Source: Octopus sinensis (taxonomy: Eukaryota). Taken from it: a stretch of DNA of 64,000 nt. Location: the NCBI RefSeq assembly GCF_006345805.1, contig NC_042997.1, forward strand, positions 36,642,001 to 36,706,000. Direction: 5' to 3'. Position numbers and translations under genes: made by a program. This document shows, in pieces, positions 38,952-53,055 of the stretch (its first letter is position 1; each line of letters starts with the position of its first letter). The notes under the pieces were generated by a model that saw nothing but the letters and a program-made list of their open reading frames with translations, was not told the DNA's origin and made no database searches.

Positions 38952-41947
38952 AAATCGAATGTTAACAGTTGAACATTAATAATTAAACATTAAAACTAAG
39001 AAATGATATGAAAATACGATGTACGTATGGAATTCATGAGCTTGGTGCTCAGTAAAAATAGAAAAAAATGTGTTTTTTGTTTGAGTATAGTTCTTTATCA
39101 GAAAGAGAAAAGAAATGTCCAGAGAAAGAAAATCCGGGAAGGTCGTTCTGTGATTATATACTCAAATTTTTGATATTCATGGGGGAAGTGCATACCTGAC
39201 TTGTAGACAATGTAGTCAGTCCTATACTAAGAACCTCTAAAAATATGGAACGTTAACGGTTAGAAAATCGTCGGTAATAGATTGAGTTCTTTCATACTTG
39301 ATTTGCAGCTCAGCAACGAATCATTAAGCGACATGTTAATGCGAAATGTTCCTAATGTGTATTTTCCATAACAAATAATAATGACCTATTATATTCAATT
39401 GACGCTTCATCTCTACGTGCGTTATATTTAGGTTGTGATTACTGTTAAAGGAGCAGCGTGTTGAACCATGTAGAAATAAACTGAATTTGAAACGTCCAAT
39501 TTATCTATTTAGTGTTGAAGGAGAAATTGATTATAGTTGTTCATAATGTATAACATTCTATAATTTGTTCTATATTTGTTATTCTCCGTAGTTACCTTAA
39601 TAATAATTATTATCTTTGCAGACAACATTTATTATTATTATATTATTGTTGTCATTGGAGCATCTATTTTATTTAATTGAATCATACTGCGTCCAAATAG
39701 AGACGATACCGAAATAATTTGGATTACACCGAATACAAATCAACACTAAAATGTACAAAATTAAGAATTGTTCGTTTAGTTGTTTTATTGCAGATTTGTT
39801 CTTTACGCATTTTATCTGAACATTTAAAATCAAATAATTGGACATAAATTCTCTAATTGTTTGAGATCTTCTATTCTTAAGCGATCTAAAATCTGTGAAA
39901 TTAAACTCAATTTTGTTTTTATTTTAATTTTTATATGATAAAAATAAACATAAAGCATGGTTAATAATATACATTTTTCTTGTTTCACAATTAAATGTCA
40001 CACGATTTTGAATTGGTTAACAAATGTCGAGGCATGATTTCGCACACACTCGCATAGACACGCATGCGCGTACAGGCGCACACACATATACAGTCATACA
40101 CACACAATTTCAGCTTTGTATGCATTCACATACTAGTTCCATGGGGACCAGACTAAACCATAAGTAATACTTGAAAAAAAAAAGAATGCCAGAAGCTAAT
40201 ATGATTCTTATAAATAGTAGGTTATATGGAATAGCAAAAAAGAAATTGTTTTGCATATGTGTGTGTGTGCTGTGTGTGTGTGTGTGTCTGTGTTTGTGTG
40301 CGTGCGTGTTTTAAATTTTCATTCACGACAGTGACGACCAAATGAAATTACTTCAGCCATAATGTCATATTATTTCTTTATAGATTTAAATAAACACATT
40401 ACATTACATGTGCAGGAACGACAACGTTAACATAAATTTTATATATAACAATGAAGTTGTCAAAAGAACTAATTGTTTTACTTTACGTATTATTTATAGA
40501 GCAGTAAGGTCACGCACAGAACATTAGTTGTCACAGAGTAAACACGATATGTGATCATTATGCTACTGATGTAATGTCATATGTCATAAGGTCATTTAAG
40601 ACGGATATAATGTTACTTTTAAAACAATGCGTCGAGAATTTAAGAACGATTGGTTCTACGCAGAGGCATTTCATTTATAAAAAGATGTGAAGCGGTAATG
40701 TGTTAATGAACTGAGAATGTATAAAAGATAGATCAACAACAATATTTAACATTCTGAAACAGTTTATAGATTCTAATATGTAGAAACTATATTGTTCATG
40801 ATTCTACACATCCAGACAAGCATAAACAAAGGACATTGTGTTAAAATATTGCTCCATATGTAGAGGAATTTATTTTATCACGAGACTAGGCAATTCAGAA
40901 ATAATGCTAAAGACTTTGTTTTCGTGAGTAGTAAAGATAATTTCACAAGTTTAGCGGACAGCTGCCTATACACTAACAATAAGTATAAAAACGTTTCCAC
41001 TTGTAAGTTGAATACTCATGAATGTGAATTTATTTCAAAATGTCATTCTTGCATGAAACGTTTATACCTCAAAATTTTGTCTGTCAAGAATAATTCTATG
41101 AAGTGTCAAATATTTCATGATAGTCATAATATATAATATAACTACTTGACCATGAGCTACAACTTCATTTCGTAATCAGTATACAGAAAGCAATATACAG
41201 TAGCTTTGATTGCACAAGGGAGAATCAAGGCAATGATCAACATGAATCGGAAACATGAGATGTTTGTAATCCCAAAGGATGGTCTGTATTAAGTTCCATG
41301 TCATTGTTTCTATATCAAAGGGAGATGGCAGAGTTTACATTATACATAGTTTTGAAACGGCGTATACGTCACTTTGGAGAATATATCAAAAACACATTAC
41401 TGAATTTCTTGTCATTGTCATCATTATCGCCGTCATCGTTGTCACAGTTGTCATCATCATTATCATCACGTTTATCATTATAATCATCATAGACACCATG
41501 TTCACTGTCTTCATCATCACCATCATCATCATGGTTATAGCAACTGTTTTATCTTTCTGACATGAATTAGAAATCTACATATCGGCACTCATCTCTGTTA
41601 GGTGTTATCTCCAATGCATACGTCAAATAAACTTATCTGATATCCCTATTTCTACCTTTATTCATTTATTTGTAACATAAGAAAATTTATCTAATACCGA
41701 CAGGAAAATATTGCAATCAGTAACAACTATCTAGTCAAAAAACATCGTGGTATGAGCATGGCTTACTCTGCTAAATGTATAAACTTTGCATAGGTATCTA
41801 TTCACATTAGGTAAATAATATTGCGTTCTAAACCGTTTAAGACAACTTTTTAATTAATTCTCATTTATATATATATATATATATATCTTTAAGTAGGTGA
41901 ATGAATTATCCTAGCATGGAAAGTTCGTCTTGTGGCTGAAAGAGGCT

Positions 41948-42042
41948 CCTTATCTTTCCTGATGAGAAGATGGCATAATGCACCCTTTATTCCTTCGGAA
42001 TTAAAAGTATGCCGTCTTCGAAACATGTGCCGAGAGTAAAGG
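41948..42042 (+). ncRNA. Type I hammerhead motif (family D) with extended stem II, cleavage triplet mutated
   Basis: ccttatctttc CTGATGA gaagatggcata-(30 nt)-tatgccgtcttc GAAAC atgt GCC gagagtaaagg. 12 bp stem II; 9 of 11 stem I positions pair. Confidence 0.7.
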
Positions 42043-42083
42043 AAATTTGTTAAAATCTTCGTTCGACTCCATTCTTTCATTTA

Positions 42084-42125
<42 letters not shown>

Positions 42126-42865
42126 AAATACAAAATGGGACATATATATATATATATATATATATTGCAATTGTCTGCATTATTGAAAAGCCCCAGGCTG
42201 GACAAAAGGCGTCTACCTTTCTTATGAGCCACTATTGTGACAATTGGCGATGTCATTGGATTCGATTCGCTATATATTGTTTGTTTTTTACACGAAATAA
42301 CAATGAAGAGATCTTCCCTCAAGTAAAATGCGCTTCAGTATTGTTTTCCTTTCGCGGGTTATACACATGGCTCTTTCAATGTAGTGTTTCTTCTCTTACA
42401 TTCACTGAGTATCGTAGATCTGGCAACCATTCAGAAGTATTGGCGAATGTATTATTCAGTTTTTCCTCTATATCGAGGTAGGAATTTCGTTTACGCATGG
42501 TGAAAATGGGTAAATATTATTGTCAAGCCCCACCAAGTGTGGATAACCTACCTCACGGTCTCTTAAAACACTGTTGCAAGGAGTTGCTTACGCTTCCATA
42601 CACATATATTTTTTTAGCCTGTCTTTATAAAGAGATATTGTGTCAGATAAAAGCCACAGCAGCAGGCCTTTCCGCAGCTTACATATATTGAGCATGATAC
42701 AGAGAGGCTTAATTGAACATTATTCTGACTCAATCGCATTCACCGATCATATGTATGTAAATATTTTTGTTTATACCTTTTTGTGTGTGTGTACAAAACA
42801 TAATAAAGGAGAATTATAGTCATCAATTAAACGTCACTAATGATGTCGAGAGATACTTAGTCACG

Positions 42866-42873
42866 TATATCTA

Positions 42874-42927
<54 letters not shown>

Positions 42928-43020
42928 ACTCGCTATATATATATACATATATATATACATCCATATATATATATATATATATATATAGATATATATATAT
43001 ATAATATATATATATATATT

Positions 43021-43056
<36 letters not shown>

Positions 43057-43057
43057 C
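42866..43057. repeat. (TCTA)n/(TA)n microsatellite
   Basis: Direct inspection. Confidence 0.95.
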
Positions 43058-43382
43058 TTAAGAGTATATCTATATTATCAAATCTAACTTTAAATGTCAA
43101 TCTCATTTTAATTCATATCATGTTAAAATTTATGTCAGAGTTTCCAGTAAAATGAATTCACTGTGTAATTTGATTAATACACTTACCATGAAAATCTGTA
43201 AGAAGTACGTATGTTTTTTATCTTCTATATTTCAATTTCCTGGCCTTTTGAATCAAATTGGATACTCTAGGCTGCTGGTATAGTGTATGCACGTGACACG
43301 CGATAATTCGAAATTATGCGATTTTCAATATACTTTACCTCTTTCTTTTGTTAGTATAAATGTAACCATTTCCCCGCTATAA

Positions 43383-44518
43383 ATCAGGTGAGTAAAAATT
43401 ATTCAACGTTTTGAACCATGAATAATTTGTACCGAACTGTCAAAGTGCGATATTCGATTAATTTTGCTATTGAACTTTAAAAAAGGACATAAAGCATCTG
43501 AAACTGCTCGCGATATCAACGAAATATTTGGTGAAGAATTTATCAGTGAGTGGTCAGCTAGAAAATGATTTAAAAGATTTCGCTGACGAGACCAAGGCTT
43601 TGAAGATTGTCAGCGTAGTGAACGCCCATCTGTCATCGATGACGGTCATTTAAAGGCCGTTATTGAGAAACCACTCAAGAACTGGCAAAAGGACTGGTAA
43701 AAGTCAGCCAGAATTCTGCCTGCAATTATTTGCATGTGATCAGAAAATTAAAAAGATCTTCCACAAATGGGTACCAAGGGAATTGAATGAAAATCAGAAA
43801 ATAGGCAGATATGAAATTTGCTTATCGTTTCTTCTCCGTAACCAGATTGATCACTTTCTCGACCGTATTGTAGCTTTCAATGAAAAGTGGATTCTCTACA
43901 ATGATAAAAAACATTCTTCGCAGTGGTTGGAACAAAATGAAGGACCGAAAGCTTTCCCTATACCCGAGCTCTTCAAGAAGGATGTTATGGTCACTGTTTG
44001 GTGACGTACTGCTGCACTCACGCACTATAACTTCTTAAAACCTGTAAAAACCATTACTGCAAATACATATTGCCCTGAAATTGCCAAAATGAACGAAAAA
44101 CTGCAATCTCTCGGTCCCAAACTGTTCAACAAAAGAAGTTCAATCATTCTTCATGACAATACCAGACCGCACGTTTCTCTACTGACGTTCTAGAAGTTGA
44201 AGGAACTTGGCTGCGCTGTCCTTTTCCTTCTAACGTATTCCCCTGACCTTTTTCCTAACGACTACCACTTTTTTCAAGCACCTTAAAGGTTTCCTGCGAG
44301 AGAAGGAGTTCAAATATCAAGTCGATGCTGAAAGTGCATTCAAAGAGTTCATCAGTTCCAAAACTCCTGAGTTTTATGTTACCGGAATAAACAAACTTGT
44401 AACTCGTTGGCAAAAGATAGGTTGATTGTAATGGTATTTACTTTGATGAATAAAATTTCCAATATAGTATGATTAATTTCATGTTTCAAAACGTTGCTTA
44501 ATTTTTATTGAACCTGAT
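43383..44518 (+). mobile_element. Mariner transposon (DD34D), decayed, ~29 bp TIRs
   Basis: KWVPRELNENQK, DRIVAFNEKWILY, HDNTRPH-(34 aa spacing)-YSPDLFPNDYHFF. TIRs atcaggtgagtaaaaattattcaacgttt and the reverse of aaacgttgcttaatttttattgaacctgat. Confidence 0.93.
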
Positions 44519-45181
44519 TTTTCTGCCTGGTAGAATATAAATTTAATTAGATTGTCTCTTAGTTCAGTTAGTTTGAACATTAAATTATTTTATAGATGTG
44601 TAGACTGTGTTTGTGGAGGAATGTAGTCAATCCACGCTTTAAGATGCATTCTTGATGCGATGGTAATATATGTACTGAATCTAATCATGTGTCTGCTCGA
44701 TTAGATCTGACCCTATGTTAAACAGTAATAACGTCTATATCCACTTTTCGAAATAAACAACCAGTGTCAGTTCATTTCACGTATTTTCCTAATAGTCTGG
44801 ATAAATATTTGAAACCCACATGAATAATACATTTTCCATATATTTTTCGCATAATTATAAGGTTATGGAAAAATTCAATGTAATTGATGTAAGATACATT
44901 AACATTAAATGAGTAGTAGGAATGGAAAGTTGCACGAAAAACAATACTATGATTGAATTTAGTTTGAATAGAAATAAAATACGTTGTAATTCCCTTGTAA
45001 AATTGAATGAATAAAAGACATAAACAGATTTCGTGAAATTATATTTCTGGTACATACTAATCATTTTCATTTTTATGACTGGTGGCTAAGTTTCCTTTCA
45101 CTCTATTATAATTTATAGAAATTTAATATATATATATCCATTTATCGGACATTCTTCTCATATGCAGACACGTCCCAATAT

Positions 45182-45391
45182 ATATATATATATATATGTG
45201 TGTGCATGTGTGTGTGTGTGTGTGTGTGCATGTGTGTGTGTGTGTGCATGTGTGTGTGTGTGTGTGTGTGTGTGTACCTACAATAAAATATCAATATATA
45301 GATTTGAATATACACAAATAAAATGTATATAGGCCTATGCCAATATGTTATATATATGTGTGTGTATTTGTCGTTTGTGTATGTAGAAGTG

Positions 45392-45423
<32 letters not shown>

Positions 45424-45425
45424 AA

Positions 45426-45467
<42 letters not shown>

Positions 45468-45470
45468 ATA

Positions 45471-45510
<40 letters not shown>
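45182..45510. repeat. (TA)n/(TG)n microsatellite cluster
   Basis: Direct inspection. Confidence 0.93.
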
Positions 45511-45512
<2 letters not shown>

Positions 45513-46111
45513 TATATCTGAGTGCATTTTAGTGTGTGTATGTTTGCGTGCGTCTAGGTGTGTGTTTGTTTGTGTGTGTATATATTTTTGTGTGCGCGTG
45601 TATGAGCTGCATGAAAAACTTTTCAGGCAGACGGTTTCACCGATATAACAAAACGACAAATGAGTCCATGATGTTCATTTCTCGTGATGGCTGTTTAAAA
45701 TTTTGTGTAGTAGTGAGAAAACCTCATGATAAGCATGTTGTGATACTGATATTCTTTGAAAACGTGGCAGAAGAGCGTCAGATATAGTTGTGCAGTTCAT
45801 GAATTAAGATCGGTCTGACAATTTCCAGATGTATTACTACGTTCACCTCTCACACATGACGTACATAGATCATAAACACAAACATTTCCGATATTGTATC
45901 GTTGTTGGAAATATGCCGGGCTGTCTAATATTGTTTTGACCTTATCCAAATAGAAAGAACTGACCTTTTTAGAGGCAAATGTATCCATAAATACATACAT
46001 TCTTACATACAACCACATGAAAATACATACATGTACATATATATATATATAAATAGATATGTATATATGAATGTATGCGTGCATATATGTATATATTTAT
46101 ATCTCTTTACG

Positions 46112-46586
46112 TACTTGTTTCAGTCATTTGACTGCGGCCATACTGGAGCACCGCCTTTAGTCGAGCAAATCAACCCCACGAAGAATTATTCTTTGTAAGC
46201 CTAGTACTTATTCTATCGGTCTCTTTTGCCGCTCAGCTAACTTAAGGGTTTGTAAACACACCACCATCGGTTGTCATGTGATGTTGGGGGGGGGGCAAAC
46301 ACAGACACACAAACATATACATACACATACAAATTATATATATATATATATATTATATATATATATATATTTCAACAATTGAGGGTAAAATTAATTGATT
46401 ATAATTTCACCAAGATTCAGTATGCAAAGGGACCATTTAAGGCGAATTCATACTATATACTATATACTATATGAGAGAGGTTTTCTTTAAGTATTAGAAA
46501 TATTTTAAAAAAGTTTTTTAGCTGCTATTTCTAATGAGTTCAGTATGCGGCAAAATTTATTTTACTAAGCCCTTTTATAATATAAT

Positions 46587-46622
<36 letters not shown>

Positions 46623-47566
46623 CACGACGGGCTTCTTTCAGTTTCCGTCTACCAATCTACTCACAAAGCTTAGTCGGCCCGAAGCTATAGTAGAAGACAC
46701 TTGCCCAAGTTGCCACGTAGTGGGAATGAAGCCAGAATCATTAGCTACTTTATTTCAAAAATTTTGCCATAAAGTCATGATACAGATTAGCTTGCGGTCT
46801 GGACAAAAACATTGCTGAGGTGAATGATGAAAATGATGATATTAATGGGAGAAGACAAAAACCCCCGCTGATTTTTGCTTCTCTAATATATTATTCTCTT
46901 CTTTTTTCACAGTAAAAGACAAAACGAGGTAATGAACATCTTACTTCAGTTTTACAATTTGTGGACTAATAGTCCGGTTAAGAATTGGGGCGTTAAGCCT
47001 CTTAAACACAATAACATGCAATAAACATTAAACATTTTACAATAAACATTATAACACTGAGGCTTTTCAACTTATTGTCACTATTCCTCCCCAACATCAC
47101 TTGTGTGTGTATACTCAACCATCTCCTACACAATGAGAAATGAGAAAAAATTTTCACTTAATGTGAACATATGAAATACGGCTTTCCAATAAGAGGTAAA
47201 TGTTGCTGTAAAAACAAACACTATTAAAACGTGAACAACCTTTGGTTAAAGGATACGCCCCAAACTGTACTTCTCACTGTGAGAAAAAAAATCCACTTAA
47301 TGTGAACAGTATTGCTGAACCACACGCCGACCAACATCCTGAATCCAGTGAAGACTCCTTGTTTGTAAAAAAATATAACTACAAACAACAACCCCCACTG
47401 GACCCAAAAGACAAAAGTCTTACCTTGCAGCAGCTACTTTTGGCAGGCTAAACACCGCCGGCTATCTTCCTCAGTGCACAGCACAATGACACATGCTTAC
47501 ACTGACAATAGAGACTCACGGGAAGTATGTAAGCAAGCTACTTACCACACAGCCACTCCAGCGCCT
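46112..47566 (-). mobile_element. SINE family 1 in three colinear pieces (46112-46330, 46620-46742, 47530-47566)
   Basis: Tail, middle and head occur in consensus order, separated by unrelated sequence. Confidence 0.65.
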
Positions 47567-47619
47567 ATACACATATATATATATATAGACAATTTTTGTT
47601 TCAGAATGAATTAAAAAAA

Positions 47620-47890
47620 ACAAGTCTGTGAAGGATTTTAGAACATTTATAAATAGGTCTTACAGCTGTTTCCAGGCTATTTATTATATCCCTTTATCAG
47701 AGACGGTGTAAAAAAATGTTTAAGCAACAGTTAATTTAGATAAGTTGCGAAACAGAGTGCAGTGAAGGAATGAAAATAGATGTGAGAGATGCAGTAATAT
47801 TGCATTTGTAGATCCATTATTTAGGCAGAATGGTATACATATAAAATTCCAATACCTTCTGAGTAAAATCCAATAGAGTTTGTACACAGT
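47620..47890 (-). mobile_element. PLE terminal-repeat fragment with hammerhead family B (47657-47704; core ctgataa)
   Basis: Homologous to 58350-58954: gtct ctgataa aggg...cct g gaaac agct gta agac. Confidence 0.75.
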
Positions 47891-48072
47891 GCTATTGAAT
47901 CAAGTGTTTTAAATATATGCATATATAAGTATATATACATAGAAAGTTAGAGACAGGAGAGAGTGATAAATATAGACATTTACATGTATACACAAACGCA
48001 CCCATACACATATGTATACAAATATATGTGTATATACATATGTGTATATGTGTGTATATATATGTATATAAG

Positions 48073-48151
<79 letters not shown>

Positions 48152-48879
48152 CAGTATATATATATATATATATATATATACAGTGTATATTTAAACACAT
48201 AAGAGATGGCGATAACATGACATCTGACTCGCTAGAAAGAGTAGTTAAACTACAAACCACTAATTGCTGTAATTCTGAAAGGGAATGAAAAATAAAAACA
48301 TTTACCCTATTTTTCCTGGACTATGCATAGTTTCAGGCAATCTTTTGTAAATAAAATAATTTACAATGGGCGTTGCACTCTTCAGCAGGAAGCCAAGGCT
48401 AGCATGTAGATACGAGGCGATAAAGAACACAATTAAGTAACGAGAAGATGGATTTGGTATCAAACGACATGCTGTAGAATGTTCGTTTCAGCCAATACCA
48501 TTCTTGTCCTGTATGTGCGAGACTCAGTTGAACATATCGTGTTTTATCGATTTTGCAGCCATGGACTCATCAGGTGCATCGATAACTAAAGGTCTTCAGT
48601 GTCGGCTGCCAATTTGTTATATGCCCATCTAGTTAGGGAATAAGTAAAATGCAAACAAGACTGTAGAAACGCTAAAATTCAAAATATGGACGTGAAAATC
48701 TTGCGTTCCTGTTCAGGTAAACTGACCTAATCAGCTTTCGCATTCATTAACTGCATAGCGGAAAAGGAAAATAGAAGAAAAGAAAGGAGAAAGAAAAAAT
48801 AGGAATATCAAGAAAACGAATGCTTATATATACAGATGCACCCTCACAGATAATTAAATATATATATATACATACATAC

Positions 48880-49345
48880 ATACATACATACATACATACA
48901 TACATACATACATAATGGCTGCCCCCTCGTTATCGAGTATGGCGATTGCACGAAGCTTAACTGTTATTGGTGCTGTGATTGAATGTGACTTTTTAGCCCA
49001 GCTAAAGATCTACAATATCTTGTACAGAATTGGCAACTCAAACCTTTACCGGTAATAGCCGGCTGTAGTTGTAACTGGGCTTCATGTACCTTTGCATGTC
49101 GTTTAAGTCCTCCTGCCGAATTACACTCTCTTCCACATGCCCGACAGATATGATTAGTATGGTGTGTTACATCACCGGCAGTGGCCAGGTTGTCACTCAT
49201 CTGTCTCTCTTTATGTCTACGAAGATGACTCTTGAGTCCAGCTTTACTGAGGTAGGGTCTTGCAGAGACACTGCATGTCAGCATCATAGGGAACCGTTCC
49301 CATCTGGAAGTGTAACAGCGATGCCCTTCTTGACATCCCTCCTTA
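48880..49345 (-). mobile_element. LINE 3' end encoding C-terminal C2H2 zinc fingers, (TATG)n tail
   Basis: CSVSARPYLSKAGLKSHLRRH (second Cys lost), CRACGRECNSAGGLKRHAKVH, CQFCTRYCRSLAGLKSHIQSQH*, then a short UTR and microsatellite tail. Confidence 0.65.
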
Positions 49346-49755
49346 CTTTCTCATGTGCAACTCGACATACATAGACACACACACTCTCACCTACTTACAC
49401 CTACCTACACATATGGGCATATGATCGCGCCTACGGAAATTTGCAAGCATACACCTACACAAAAGTACACTCATATATACGTATTTCTGAACATGAACAC
49501 GCACGTATGTACTTACACGCATACACATATACACAAGCGTGCGTTTACTTTAAATTTATGCACCTCGACTTACTCGACCGCTCCTCATGCCTGCTACCAC
49601 TTGTTGGCACATTTTACTTACATGTAGCTACATTGTAAGATTACATGGCTGAATACATGTAGTGTTCACATGCGGTCATTCTTAGTATAGGTTCCATATT
49701 CGCAATTTAGGGTGAGGGGATTAATCCAAGTTGACAGTATTATGGTTTGTATCGG

Positions 49756-50255
49756 TTAGGTATAGTTTACAATGTAGCATGTGAACGTTTGTTTAGCTTT
49801 GTGCATGCATCTGGGTAGTTGCTCCGTAAATCTGTTTATAATCCGCTCCTTTGTTACTATTACCAGTGACTTCTCGGAACATACCTGGCATTTCCGGGAT
49901 AGTATTTTATAGCGACTTTCGTGACTGATTATGGACCAGGTTAATTCATATTTTGTCCTCCCATTCTTGAGTAACCAGATTAAATCGACCAGTGAGGTTG
50001 CGTAGCGTTTAAGGATTTTTCGAAAGCTGACAATATCGTTGCGATACCGGTTTTCGAAACTATCGGCCGCTGCACCGATATATACATAGCAACCTCCTAT
50101 TTTATTTACGGTGAATTTTTTCTTTCTTTTTTATTGTCTTCTACTTTCGTTTCCCTCTATGCTGTTATGAAAGCGAAACCTGGTTAGCTCATTTTATCTA
50201 AACTGGATTGAAACATTTCCACGTTCGTATAATTCTCCTACCATTTCTTACCTTA
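49756..50255 (-). mobile_element. Naiad-like PLE GIY-YIG endonuclease region, C-terminal ~124 codons uninterrupted
   Basis: YVYIGAAADSFENRYRNDIVSFRK...LIWLLK...YELTWSII...KCQVCSEK...PRCMHKAK. Missed by the ORF track because there is no early start codon. Confidence 0.85.
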
Positions 50256-50473
50256 CTCTCTCTCTATCCGCTCAGTCGACGTCGACTCTCGGTCACTCGT
50301 TGGATCAGTGTCCTCCAGTCAGTTCTATCCTGAGCCGCTTCCTTCAGACTGGCCATGTCCATTCCGATATCACTCCTGATGGTGTCAAGACAACGGGTTC
50401 TTGGTCGGCCTCTTCCTCTCTTGCCACTGACGATTCCGAGCATGATGTCCTTCTCCAGGGATTCTCTCCAGGG
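50256..50473 (-). mobile_element. 5'-truncated RTE/BovB-like LINE 3' end with 13 bp TSD, inserted in or beside the PLE
   Basis: SLEKDIMLGIVSGKRGRGRPRTRCLDTI...AAQDRTDWR. TSD ATTTCTTACCTTA at 50243-50255 and 50474-50486. Confidence 0.92.
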
Positions 50474-51500
50474 ATTTCTTACCTTATATCACCGAAATCT
50501 CTATTGTTTCACCGAATACTAACTGAATAATATTGTATTCATTCTTTTACAAACGCGCATATCTTCAGGAAATAATTAAACGGTAGTTAATGCCATCGAT
50601 GTGTCAACTGAATTGGAAATCACAATTGTTCTGGCTGATGAAATAGTCACCTCAACGGAGTTTTAACTCTGGTTAGAAGGTTGCGTAAGAATGTTGTTAG
50701 ATAAAATTCTTTCTCTGTATGTATTCTTTATTTTCGCTTCGAAATATCTTTGCATGTATCAATATCTACTTCGGAAACAAATTTCGAAATTCGATATTTT
50801 GAATATCCACCTCTCTTCGTCATTCTCAACATGTGTTACAATTCAACTGTTCTCACTGCTTCATAAGCGGTTAAGAATTTCTATATCAAACTTGAAATCT
50901 CGTTTTACCTGAAATATTACTGTCAGATACAATATTTTCTCCGAAAATTGTAAGGCGGTCTTAGGAGTAATTACAAAACTGTAAAGAAACCATAGCTACA
51001 TCATTATTACTCTCCTCCTATCTTTCAACTTATATATCTATATCTACATACTTTTATCTAAACTTCTATAAATATTTTTTACTCTTCTTCTATATCTCTT
51101 TATGTTTACTGGTATCGCATTTACTATTTGTCAGTCTATATTTCTTGCTCTCTTGTTTCCTTTTTCTTCGAGTTCTCGTGATCGGTATCTGTTTATCGCG
51201 TTTTTGACAGGGAAATATAAAATTAAATGGAATTACAAAGATAGATGCTTGAAACTTTTCAAAGAAACTGTGATTTATACATGCTCAGTACGATGGCATA
51301 TAAAACATGCATCATTAGAAGGATGCTTATTTTAATGACTGTAAAAATGCTGGTACACACGAAAAGAAAACGAAGTTATACCGTTAAATACGTATGCGTG
51401 TGTGTTCGTGTATATTTACATCAATCCATACACACACACACATATATATGTATACATACATATAAATATTTATGTGGTTGTGTGTGTGGTTGTATATATG

Positions 51501-51582
<82 letters not shown>

Positions 51583-52844
51583 TATACTAACATACACGTA
51601 TACATATATATGATATACGTGTTTATGCGTGTAAATATATCGAACACAGGCACAAACATTCATAAACATACATGCGTAAACACACATAATGTGTAGCTTA
51701 ATAAATGTGTGTAATTTCGTAGAAGTGTGTATGTATTACCTGGTGCTTTTTAAAAATAATTTTCTACGCTTTTACTGTTTCAATACCGTATTTCTAGAAA
51801 AGTCATTGTTTTGGGATATAGGTCCCCATAAAAACGGGCAAAATATATGTAGTCTAAAGGCAAAAGAGCAAATCAAAATGATGAACAACAGTTGTTTGGA
51901 GGTTAAGTAAAATAAATATCCCGTATCTTTGTAAACTCCGGAACACTCTTGTCAGAAATATCCACTTTGTTAAACTTATTATTTTAGGGATGGAAACTAA
52001 ATTTAATGGTTATTCCATTCTCAAGTTATTATAGGTTGTTGTAATTGAAATGATATACATTTTAGAGTCTTGTGACTTGCTCTTCGTTTTACGTCATTTA
52101 TTTTCAATGGTATTATAAAAATCGGATCGTTCAGAGTATTAAATAGTCAAAGGATTGAGAAGTATATGCTATCATTTTCATGACTTGTATGCTCTAATGA
52201 AGCAGAACATTGCACAGCCAGCTCTACTGCTGATACAATTTGCAAAAGATACTATTGTCATCCAAAAGACTTTTCTCGATATTTCAAATCGAATCGACTA
52301 ATCCATAAAATGCACAATGTTGTTTGAACTATTATCGTGCGAAACATAGCTACGATTTTGACCTGTAGTACATCAAAAAAAGCAATATCCATGAGCGCCA
52401 AAACTACCGAAAACAGCGAAAAACAAGTTCTACAAGAATTACTACAACATGGGAAAGATAAATGAAAGCAACAACAGAAGAAATAGACACAATGCCACAT
52501 CGTCAACAACAATACTCATTACTAGCGATAACATTCTGACACCGGTTGTCGCTTGAGTTGCAAGAAACTAGAGCTACATTTTTCGTTATGTACACAGGGC
52601 ATTCATTAGAATGGCGTGTTCGTGAACTTATAATCGTGATAAAAGTAGTTGAGATGTACCAGGTGTTCGGGCAACAGAACCACATACATATAACCATTCC
52701 AAAATTCACCAGTATCTGCCATCCAGATTAAAGTTACAGTCTCCTCCTTATCCTCTTCAAAGAAAGAAGAGAGCGGCAAAAGAAACATATTCATGAATAC
52801 AAAAAAATAACCAACAACCAAAACATCAGGATTAATGATTCATT

Positions 52845-53055
52845 CTACTAGAGGCACAAAGCCTGAAAGTTTGTGGGGAAGCGGCTACTAGGTTACAGCG
52901 ACAACAGACTTTACTGCTATTTTTTCTATCGACTCCGAAAGGATGAATGGGACAAAATTGAGCTTGGTGGAATTTGGACTCAGAGCATGCAGATGGACGT
53001 AGTGCCGCTAAGTATTTTGCTCGGCATGCTAAAGATTTTGCCTATCATCTTAATA
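52845..53055 (-). mobile_element. Old SINE family 2 copy
   Basis: tatcgactccgaaaggatgaa ... ccgctaagtattttgctcggcatgctaa. Confidence 0.7.

Noticed and set aside
48530-48610. ctgatga and ctgaaga on the minus strand
   Set aside because: No stem II closed by GAAA.
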